In this document: piece by piece, positions 18,501 through 25,089 of the stretch | Layout: every line of letters begins with the position of its first letter | Position numbering within the stretch: the first letter of the stretch is position 1 | From: Clostridia bacterium | GTDB lineage: Bacteria; Bacillota; Clostridia; Christensenellales; Borkfalkiaceae | Direction of reading: 5' to 3' | Length of the DNA stretch: 64,000 nt | NCBI GenBank assembly: GCA_017399035.1 | Contig: JAFQEM010000018.1 | Span: 18,389-82,388, forward strand | The notes under the pieces: model-generated | What the model saw: the letters and a program-made list of their open reading frames with translations, nothing else | The model's database searches: none | What the model was told of the DNA's origin: nothing | Translations under genes and position numbers: made by a program

Positions 18501-18898
18501 TTTTCTTTGTCAAGTTTATCCCAGTCAATCCAACCCTCTTCGTGCACAATCAATAGCCCTGGCGTTTCAATTATTCTGTATTCGTTAGTAACCGAATTAC
18601 CTGCTTGGTCTACGATAGTGTAGTGGAAATAGTTAAAAGACGCGCCTTTTTCCGTCTGTGAACCATAAGTTTCAACTATAAGCGAATGTCCGTCTTTGAG
18701 TTTGCCGTGTCTAATACCAAAACTCTCGCTAGTTAGCGGTGTTCCATCGTAAGCCTTTTCAGCAATACCCGAATAAATTACTAGTCTTCTAGTGTCAACG
18801 TAACCGGTAGAAATAACGGCAAAACACGCGCAAATCGAAACGAAAAGCGCGACTAATACACCTATTAAAAAATAATATAAACGTATTTTATTTTTCAT
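15515..18898 (-). CDS. Signal-anchored transglutaminase-like protein with thrombospondin type-3 Ca-binding repeats and YDG/MBG-like repeats
   Basis: 1127 aa. N-terminal TM, then one MBG-like unit. D-x-D-x-DG repeats at aa ~195-262 (DTDGDGIPNYQDNDVNGNG...DIDGDGILNENDDD). TGase core: GICQHF (Cys498), YAHAWVE (His540), GWVEVEVTG. Then ~6 further MBG-like units. Confidence 0.8.
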   Translation of the reverse strand: MKNKIRLYYFLIGVLVALFVSICACFAVISTGYVDTRRLVIYSGIAEKAYDGTPLTSESFGIRHGKLKDGHSLIVETYGSQTEKGASFNYFHYTIVDQAGNSVTNEYRIIETPGLLIVHEEGWIDWDKLDKEKIEDLIDRFGNYDFSSLDLENMNIEDLLKQLENSNLTEEQREQLMQAIAAKVMASMMANQNLDTDGDGIPNYQDNDVNGNGTPNGQDADVDGDGLPNGQDDDVDGDGMPNDIDNDIDGDGILNENDDDPNGASVGVGQGGLGGAGNQRFDNNLQQQGNGFGDNADVEVLSLISYSNVASEYYLRYENFGDYNGSGFDYAQEYDQSVVSPLYFTGTALNNAGRVMDQIVIENLDGSNAYYLPYYSITGGIKETGDIRFSQSLPIYMTKASNYDYLAEGQTYLVPSDLTSQEGRYRNFVYNNYLNIDEWLKNELLDLTGYFWGDKLSIARQIRDYVQNCAGYNLEFDTFPAGEDMVLYFLKEGKEGICQHFAAAATMIFRAYGIPARYTCGYKVTAEPYNVTVVTGKYAHAWVEIYVDGMGWVEVEVTGGAFDEVRKNELVLKTPSVSKVYDGIPIDYSEAIKWEYDGYLKSGHYIEVVGGQDIQMPVNACAPYQNNGFEYVIRDEFGNDITEEYEIKRVEYGTLQISKRPITIWASGNVDSPYYKKEIKLPYTGELQKSENYDFEGINYEESRGLLNDHSVELLTTTEAKDIGVHKNIQTYRIVDCTNYREDVTNNYEIDAKEGAFEIVRIKLCVNTDNYNHQYDANYAIRQDNKESWQVYWFDTGLDQDDMPYGKVLDGHKVQKGEFEGEFNPTNVGETTENEFKIIIFENGIDVTDKYYEIKYEYGTVKVEPRDIVIYRKDAEKEFVASAKLYSYDFELQDENDLLDGHKVELAKSFSVSTCGRHKNECEFGIVDSNGDTVTQNYKIKYETKKGYNGELFLYKSIKVTAENMSKVYDGTPLVYDKGYTPVGTTLYGHTIDVQFNSITDVGTKKSVSVKVVDTSGNDVTKDYYKVTVVGNLKITQKEITVKTKDVKYSYDGITTFNGEMEDLVVSGLVAGHKISNELVFTGKISYYGECPNSFERNTLKILDASGKDVTKNYHIEIAFGTITVDV

Positions 18899-18917
18899 CT
18901 TTCTACCTTTTACATTG

Positions 18918-19286
18918 TTAATCGTAAACGACCAACTGCCCGTAAGTTTTGATAATTTGATAACTTGAAGTTACGTTTTTGCCTTCTGCATCAGTTATAA
19001 CTACTCTAAAAACGTTATCGGATGTTCCCTCTTGAGTTCTAGTGCCAACAAACATAACCTTTATGGTATGACCTTCTTTTAAGTTACCCTTGGTTACTTC
19101 ATAACTTTCACAAGTGAGAGGCGTTCCGTCGTAAAGTTTGCTTGCGCTTGCTGACTTTATTTCAATAATTTCTCTAGGCATAGATACAACGCCCGTCAAA
19201 ACAAGCGTAAAACAAATGATTATTGCTAGGACCATAGTGATTACGAATCCTGACATAACATAAAACCATTTTTCTTTTTTCTTCAT
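18918..19286 (-). CDS. Small signal-anchored protein with a single YDG/MBG-like domain
   Basis: 122 aa. TM (FVITMVLAIIICFTLVLTGVV) followed by ASKLYDGTPLTCESYEVTKGNLKEGHTIKV...SSYQIIKTYGQLVVYD. It is paralogous to aa 1-120 of the 1127-aa protein. Confidence 0.75.
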   Translation of the reverse strand: MKKKEKWFYVMSGFVITMVLAIIICFTLVLTGVVSMPREIIEIKSASASKLYDGTPLTCESYEVTKGNLKEGHTIKVMFVGTRTQEGTSDNVFRVVITDAEGKNVTSSYQIIKTYGQLVVYD

Positions 19287-19305
19287 ATCTTTTGCCTTCT
19301 TAACC

Positions 19306-20703
19306 TTAAATAGTTCTTTCTAAATGTCTTAAATAATCTTTGGTTAACGTCATCTTTTCTTGTCCGAAAGTCTCTTCTATGTGCGCACATAATCCGTCTA
19401 TCGCATTTCTTACGTATACGGGGTTTTGCATCTCTAACTTTCTCATTATCTTCTTTGCTATGATGTCGTCTACCGCCTCTTCTTCCGTTCCACCGCACGC
19501 TATGTACGCTGATACGTATTCTTTTAACTGTTTCATTATACGGTTACCAAACGTTATATGAAAGTTCTCTATCATATATCTGTCTAACTCTTTTATCTGC
19601 CTTAACTTCCTGCCCGTTATTCCGTATTCTCTCTTCGCTTTTGCTATTAGTTTCTTAAACCTATCGTACGTTATTCTTACGCCTTCCGTATCTTCTGCGT
19701 AAAATACGTGCGTCTTTTTATCTAGATTCATTATCATTGCTCTATCGTATACCTTATCCGATATCGCAAACGTTGAGTCGTCGTTATTTGCAGTCCCTAT
19801 AAACCACATATTTTCGGGTAGTTTTAGTTGTCCTTTCTTTAATAACTTCGGGTCGTTATCCCACTTGTCCGTTACTACGTCTATATATCTTCCCTCTGGG
19901 TTTGGTAACTCTAATAACGACAAGAATTCTGCAAAGTAATATTCTACCCTTGCTATATTCATTTCGTCTAGTACCGTTATGTATATCTCTTTACTATAGT
20001 TTGCCTCGTACATCTTTTGCAACAAGGTTGTTTCGTTAAACTTTTTTGTAAATTCGTTATAATACCCCACTAGGTCGGTTCTCTCTTTCCACATAGGTTG
20101 TATAGGTACTATTACTGAATGATTACTTAAAAATTCACCAAACGCATACGCTAACGAAGTTTTACCCGTACCACTCATACCTTGCATTATGATTATATGT
20201 GATACTGCTAAACTTGCTACGAATCTTCTTATCTCTCTTATATCGTAATATAACTTCAATCTGCTTGCGGCAAAGTTTCTAAACCTTTCGCAAAACTCTT
20301 TCATTGTTATTTCTTCATCAAATCCGCCCTGCGGTTTATTGCGCATTACTCTATCCGTTTCGGTTAACATATAGAAACGTGAGGGGTGCTCTTCACTATC
20401 TTTTTCTTTTTCCTCTGCGCTAGCACCCACCGCCGTCGTGCTTGCGATTGAAGAAGTGGCGGTTACAGGTTTACCGTTGTTTACCTTTTCAACGTAATCA
20501 CGAAGTTTATCTAACTCTTCGGTTTCTTCCGCACGCCTACCGTGGTCAAAAACCACCGCAACCACTAGGATAACTACGGCAAGAAGAAGAACTACAACGT
20601 AAATTAAAATTGCTATTTGGCTAGAGAGCGCAGTCCAAATTGTATCCGCAACGGGATTGTCGCTTACAGCCATTAAATTATTTAACGCATCAAACTTATA
20701 CAT
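19306..20703 (-). CDS. Membrane-anchored McrB-like (AAA_5 type) AAA+ NTPase
   Basis: 465 aa. TM at aa ~29-52. Walker A QGMSGTGKTS, Walker B ITVLDEMNIARVEYYFAEFLSLLE, then WFIGTANNDDSTFAISDKVYDRAMI. This is the McrB/dynein-related AAA pattern (DEINRAN...FGEL..LLE; IGTMNtaD...RRF). Confidence 0.75.
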   Translation of the reverse strand: MYKFDALNNLMAVSDNPVADTIWTALSSQIAILIYVVVLLLAVVILVVAVVFDHGRRAEETEELDKLRDYVEKVNNGKPVTATSSIASTTAVGASAEEKEKDSEEHPSRFYMLTETDRVMRNKPQGGFDEEITMKEFCERFRNFAASRLKLYYDIREIRRFVASLAVSHIIIMQGMSGTGKTSLAYAFGEFLSNHSVIVPIQPMWKERTDLVGYYNEFTKKFNETTLLQKMYEANYSKEIYITVLDEMNIARVEYYFAEFLSLLELPNPEGRYIDVVTDKWDNDPKLLKKGQLKLPENMWFIGTANNDDSTFAISDKVYDRAMIMNLDKKTHVFYAEDTEGVRITYDRFKKLIAKAKREYGITGRKLRQIKELDRYMIENFHITFGNRIMKQLKEYVSAYIACGGTEEEAVDDIIAKKIMRKLEMQNPVYVRNAIDGLCAHIEETFGQEKMTLTKDYLRHLERTI

Positions 20704-20722
20704 TTAATCTCTCCACCCGTAA

Positions 20723-23110
20723 TTATTTTTTCAATCCGTAAACGGAGATTGCTTGTTTTGTTAAAGGAATATTTTCAAACCCGAAAAGTTCGTCTAGTTT
20801 GAAAGAAAAATCTTGCTCGGGAACTGCCAAAATTTTATCTTTTTCGGTAGCAACAAGCGGAATTATTTTTTCACAAAGTATAGCGTCTAGAGCCTCTGCC
20901 TTGTTCATACCGCACGCGATAAACGCCGCAATATTTTCTTCCATTTGTCTTATAAATCTGTTGTCAAAACGGATATCGGTGTTCTCTTCAAGATATTCTT
21001 CTAAACGGTCTATCTTTCTCCAGTAATCTTCAGTTAGATAACAGGTTTCTTGAGCCTCTTCAAGCGATTCTTTAATCATACCGAAAGAAGTTCCGCTCTT
21101 TATAAACAACTGACTATCTGCGTCGTTTCTCATTGTGAGTGGCAAGTCTACGATAGAAGAATATTTAATCCACTCGGGTTCTAGCGCCGTAGCCTTATCT
21201 TCCCCTATAAATACTACCATTCTTAAGTTGTCTGAAATTTTAACGCTACCACGTCCGTAATATTCAGTTTCTGGTAAACCTTTTATCTTGCCTACGAACA
21301 CTTTTTCTTCGTTACCAGCGATTGCGGTAATTACGTCTGCATCAAAGTCGCCTATTGCATCAACGGCGGTGTTATCAACGAACACCAAACCGAAAGTGTT
21401 GTAAAGATAGTTTGCAACGAATAACCCACCCGCAACACCGTATTTAAGTTCTCTCTTCTTCTCTTCGTCCGTTTTGGGTTTATAAACGTAAACGGGTTTT
21501 TCAACGGGCTTAACCACAGGTTTAACTTCGGCAGGCGTTAATTCGTCTTGCGTAGACGCAACCTCTTCCGCATTTTCTTGTTCAGAACTGCTTTGCGAAT
21601 TTATACCTGCAAGAAGGTCTGCAATAGACGTTCCACCCGAACTTTGCTCTTCGGGTTTTTCTTCGGTTGAAAGGTCGCCAACAAGAGCGGATAGAGAATT
21701 GCTTTCGGGTTTTTGTTCTTGCGCGCTCTCAATAGACGCAGCAAGGTTAGTTACAACCGATTTATATTCTTCTTCAGGATTTTCTCTTCTCTCATAGAAC
21801 AAGTCTTCACCAAAGAAGGTAGATATGGTGTCTGCAAATTCCCTTAAAACGTCAGAATTTGCGCCACTTTTTATAAACGTAACTTTTGACGAAAGTATTG
21901 CCGCAAGAACTTTTTGCATTTCGCCTTCGTCAGTTATAATGCCACGGTCGTTAACTGCAATACACAAGTTTTTGCACATCTTGTCAATAGAAGTTTTATC
22001 TTTAAAGTCAAGATTTTCGTTACGAATTTCAAGTTCGGTTTCACTCCAAGCCCTAGGCTCTTCTTTAGCCGTTTCGGTCAACGGTTTTGAAACGTCATTA
22101 GTTGCAGGTTGTTCGTCTTTCTTGAAGAAACCCTTAAATTTAGGAACTTCTTCAACGTACATTTTACTGCTTACTAATTTGTTGTAAACTTTTGCGCCAA
22201 CTATATCTAAAACGCCTATCAAAACTAGCAAAATAATTGACCAAACTTCTTCATAACCGTTTGCGATAATCATATTGATTATGAGTGAAGAGCAAGCGAT
22301 TAAATATATAACGTGTTGCCAAATAGGTAAGGGACTATATTTTGAATGTTTGCGACCTCTTGTGGTCATATAAGAAAAAGCGTTGTTCAAGGGCATACAA
22401 ATTTTAACGGTTGATAGCACCAAAATGAACAAGTAAATTACGCTTGCTGTGTTATAAACACCCGCAACCCAGTCTTGCCTAGCAGTGTCGAAAATAATAT
22501 GATGTTGAGAACCATCAAACCAACTTTCCATCATATAACGAGTGCCAACGGTATCTCTTCTATGCAAAACGAAAAAGAGCATAAATATTTTTGAACCCCA
22601 AGACAAAAGGTAATATAAAACTTTACCTTTACTTGGGCGCAAGTCGTAATTACATAGTTGAGCGATAAGCGCAAATATAAGACCTATCGCATAAAGAATA
22701 AGCACTATAAACCAGTATTCAATGCCGTAACTGGTGCTGAGCGCTTCCATATTGTTGGTAAGGAAAAACCCTACAAATACGCCAAGCGTCAAATTTATAG
22801 TGTTTGCAAACAATTTATAAAAACTATATCCCACACCAGCGCGGTATTTTTTTAGGTTATTAACCATAACCACAGCGACTACCAACAAAATAATTGAGTG
22901 GCATAGCATAGATATAGTTGCAATTAGGTTACCATATTCGCCCCTACCAAACCTTTTTAAGCCCGATTCAAAAAGCGAACCGTCTTTACCAGTCGGTAAA
23001 AACGGAATAACCATAATTATGAATAATGCGATAAACCCGTAAATGGCGGTAGCGTATAAACTTCTAGATTTTTTGATTGAACTTACGCCACCTTTTGTAG
23101 TCGTTGACAT
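20723..23110 (-). CDS. Polytopic membrane protein (~8 TM) fused to a degenerate McrB-like AAA+ domain
   Basis: 795 aa. aa 1-320 are hydrophobic helices, followed by an acidic S/E/P-rich linker. The C-terminal ~330 aa are collinear with the 465-aa ATPase but have lost the P-loop (IKSGANSDV vs QGMSGTGKTS) and Walker B (VFVDN vs VLDEMN). The shared tail is FxNRxxxQxxExxxAxIACG. RBS aaaaggag. Confidence 0.75.
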   Translation of the reverse strand: MSTTTKGGVSSIKKSRSLYATAIYGFIALFIIMVIPFLPTGKDGSLFESGLKRFGRGEYGNLIATISMLCHSIILLVVAVVMVNNLKKYRAGVGYSFYKLFANTINLTLGVFVGFFLTNNMEALSTSYGIEYWFIVLILYAIGLIFALIAQLCNYDLRPSKGKVLYYLLSWGSKIFMLFFVLHRRDTVGTRYMMESWFDGSQHHIIFDTARQDWVAGVYNTASVIYLFILVLSTVKICMPLNNAFSYMTTRGRKHSKYSPLPIWQHVIYLIACSSLIINMIIANGYEEVWSIILLVLIGVLDIVGAKVYNKLVSSKMYVEEVPKFKGFFKKDEQPATNDVSKPLTETAKEEPRAWSETELEIRNENLDFKDKTSIDKMCKNLCIAVNDRGIITDEGEMQKVLAAILSSKVTFIKSGANSDVLREFADTISTFFGEDLFYERRENPEEEYKSVVTNLAASIESAQEQKPESNSLSALVGDLSTEEKPEEQSSGGTSIADLLAGINSQSSSEQENAEEVASTQDELTPAEVKPVVKPVEKPVYVYKPKTDEEKKRELKYGVAGGLFVANYLYNTFGLVFVDNTAVDAIGDFDADVITAIAGNEEKVFVGKIKGLPETEYYGRGSVKISDNLRMVVFIGEDKATALEPEWIKYSSIVDLPLTMRNDADSQLFIKSGTSFGMIKESLEEAQETCYLTEDYWRKIDRLEEYLEENTDIRFDNRFIRQMEENIAAFIACGMNKAEALDAILCEKIIPLVATEKDKILAVPEQDFSFKLDELFGFENIPLTKQAISVYGLKK

Positions 23111-23175
23111 TTGAGTTTCTCCTTTTCCGCTATGAAAGCAGATACCTTTGCGTATTTATTTGCTGAAAAACCGTT

Positions 23176-23246
23176 ATAAAAAAACAGAAACGCCGTTTGC
23201 AACGGGCATAACGGCGAATGGAAAATATCCGAATAAAAATCGGATA
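23176..23246 (-). promoter_or_regulatory. Two tandem terminator-like hairpins in the 5' leader of the five-gene operon
   Basis: Minus strand: tatccga-tttttat-tcggata + ttttcc (23226-23246), then cgccgtt-atgcccgttgca-aacggcg + tttctgttttttt (23176-23216). Both lie between the promoter and the ATG at 23110. Confidence 0.55.
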
Positions 23247-23323
23247 AAAATTAAACTTTTTCCTTTGCGCACACTCACGATTCTTCAAGTGTATTAGTTA
23301 TTATAAATAACTATCCGTGTGCT

Positions 23324-23352
23324 ATTATATATCTGTAAAGTAAAAATGTCAA
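23324..23352 (-). promoter_or_regulatory. Consensus sigma-A promoter of the AAA+/TGase/MBG operon
   Basis: Minus strand: TTGACA (23352-23347), exactly 17 nt, TATAAT (23329-23324). Predicted TSS near 23317, giving a leader of about 205 nt. Confidence 0.7.
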
Positions 23353-23403
23353 GTGTTTTAACACGCTAACGCCATATAGCCTTATTAGAGTTTCAAAAAC
23401 CTT

Positions 23404-23442
23404 AAAAATTGACAAAACCGCAACCTTTTTAAGATTGCGGTT
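23404..23442 (-). terminator. Terminator hairpin after sigE
   Basis: Minus strand: aaccgcaa-tcttaaaaagg-ttgcggtt (23416-23442), starting 12 nt after the sigE stop and followed by ttgtcaattttt. Confidence 0.6.
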
Positions 23443-23453
23443 GAAAATATATT

Positions 23454-24161
23454 TTAAATCATTTTTGCAAACTCTTTTTTCAATCTTACTATAATTTTCT
23501 TTTCCAAACGAGATATGTAACTTTGTGAAATTCCTAGCATATCGGCAACTTCTCTTTGCGTTTTTTCTTCTGAACCTTTAAGCCCGTATCTCAATTCCAT
23601 AATCTCACGCTCTCTATCGTTAAGTTTAGTGAGCGCAACCCCCAAAAGTTCACTCTCTACGCCGTTTTCTATTTTTTTATAAACCACGTCGCCGTCAGTA
23701 CCCATAACGTCTGAAAGCATAAGTTCGTTGCCTTCCCAATCGGTGTTGAGCGGTTCGTCAAAAGACACTTCACTTTTAATTTTAACCGTGCGCCGTAAAT
23801 GCATCAAAATTTCGTTCTCTATACAGCGCGACGCATAGGTTGCAAGTTTTATATTTTTATCTGCATTGAAAGAATTTACCGCCTTAATTAGCCCTATAGT
23901 ACCCACCGAAACCAAGTCGTCTAAGTCTACGCCAGTGTTTTCAAAACGCCTTGCGATATAAACTACCAAACGCAAATTATGTTCTATAAGTTGGTCGCGT
24001 ATTTGCTTTTCGCCCTCACCCAACTTTTTTAGCATATCCGCCTCTTCTTCCCCACTATAAGGCAAGGGCAAAATTTCACCGCCACCTATAAATCTTAAAA
24101 GATTTTGACTTAAAGAAAATTTTTCAAGAAACTTTTTCAACTTGCTTAATACGTTCATCAC
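23454..24161 (-). CDS. sigE: Mother-cell RNA polymerase sigma factor SigE (pro-sigma-E)
   Basis: 235 aa. Pro-sequence, then [16 protein letters not shown]...[64 protein letters not shown], near-collinear with B. subtilis SigE. It sits immediately downstream of spoIIGA. Confidence 0.92.
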   Translation of the reverse strand: MMNVLSKLKKFLEKFSLSQNLLRFIGGGEILPLPYSGEEEADMLKKLGEGEKQIRDQLIEHNLRLVVYIARRFENTGVDLDDLVSVGTIGLIKAVNSFNADKNIKLATYASRCIENEILMHLRRTVKIKSEVSFDEPLNTDWEGNELMLSDVMGTDGDVVYKKIENGVESELLGVALTKLNDREREIMELRYGLKGSEEKTQREVADMLGISQSYISRLEKKIIVRLKKEFAKMI

Positions 24162-24948
24162 TGTTCTCCTTATAAAACGCTGGGTGTAAAATTAAATCGT
24201 AGCCGTCGCCTACGGTATCGGCAACGCACAGCGTTACTTTATTAAATATATTCGCTTGTTCTTCAATATATATCTTTATTTGGTCAAGTTCTACTGCTAT
24301 ATTTTCAACACTTCCCGACACGGTTTTTACCATAATTTTTTTAAGTTTTATTTTATGCAAGTTTTCACCCACAAAATCAACAAAAAACTTTTTTTCGCAC
24401 AAAACCACAGGGTTTTCGCCGTCGTAAAGCCCGTTTCCCGTATCCAAAAAACCGCGAACGGTTGCAGTTTTTTTGCGCAAGGTTATATCCACCTTAAAAA
24501 TAAACGCCTCTATATCTTTACGCCTATAGATATACTTAATTGTAGAATTTACACACGCTATTAAAACCCAAACAGGCAACACCATAATTGCAACTGAAAA
24601 TTGCGCCGAATAATCAAGACCAAATATATTATAAATGCCAACTATTGCTCCACCCACGGCAAAGGTTAAAAGGAAAAATATTAAGGTGTTTAGTAGGTAC
24701 GCGCGTTTTGACGGATAAACGTTAGCAACAAGCGTCAACAAAAAGCCCGACAATATTCTAACCATAAGCGAAATAAACTTAACGTGAGCAATAAGCGGAT
24801 AAACAAGCGCAATGACCGCACCTAAAAAAGAGCAAAATAAAAGCCTACCCTTACTATATCCGTTTCCGGTAAGCGCAAAGGTGGCTTTAAGTAATAAATA
24901 ATCGATTATAACGTTGTCAATTAAAACGTATTCAATATAAACGGTCAT
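24124..24948 (-). CDS. spoIIGA: Sigma-E processing peptidase SpoIIGA
   Basis: From M11 of the track ORF: [21 protein letters not shown], five TM helices, then [11 protein letters not shown] (aspartic protease DTGN motif). Adjacent to sigE. Confidence 0.88.
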   Translation of the reverse strand: MTVYIEYVLIDNVIIDYLLLKATFALTGNGYSKGRLLFCSFLGAVIALVYPLIAHVKFISLMVRILSGFLLTLVANVYPSKRAYLLNTLIFFLLTFAVGGAIVGIYNIFGLDYSAQFSVAIMVLPVWVLIACVNSTIKYIYRRKDIEAFIFKVDITLRKKTATVRGFLDTGNGLYDGENPVVLCEKKFFVDFVGENLHKIKLKKIMVKTVSGSVENIAVELDQIKIYIEEQANIFNKVTLCVADTVGDGYDLILHPAFYKENSDERIKQVEKVS

Positions 24949-25089
24949 CTTTGCCCCCGCGCCTTTAGATTGTAGCATAAGGGTAAAAGCCGTTTAAGTA
25001 AGTTTTTTATGTATTTTAATTTATTTTGTAGAAAAGATAAACCGCCCGAAAAATTTCAAGCGGTTTGTTCTTAAATTTGTATTTTTAAT

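Noticed and set aside
19283-19498. 71-aa Arg-rich ORF and other alternative-frame ORFs inside the five-gene cluster (14414-14644, 15788-15979, 16835-17134, 18089-18319, 20799-21026, 21825-22187, 22658-22855)
   Set aside because: All are embedded in, or antisense to, long ORFs with coherent domain architecture. Their compositions are frame-shadow artefacts.
23178-23213. 11-codon ORF (MPVANGVSVFL) inside the leader terminator as a leader peptide
   Set aside because: No Shine-Dalgarno sequence precedes its ATG, and it shows no amino-acid bias suggestive of attenuation control.
10951-23352. The sigE-sigG insert as a mobile genetic element or prophage remnant
   Set aside because: The window contains no integrase, transposase, recombinase, phage or conjugation genes. 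I see no flanking direct repeats, and base composition looks similar to the flanks by eye. I treat it as an accessory operon, not a recognisable mobile element.
24949-24978. Longer spoIIGA start (MLQSKGAGAK...) and a TTACTT-N21-(TGc)TACAAT promoter-like element overlapping it
   Set aside because: The family N-terminus begins at MTVYIEY (24948), with a G-rich RBS. The promoter-like element is tempting because B. subtilis spoIIG has an unusually long spacer. However, it would leave a leader of only ~15 nt, so I do not list it as a feature.
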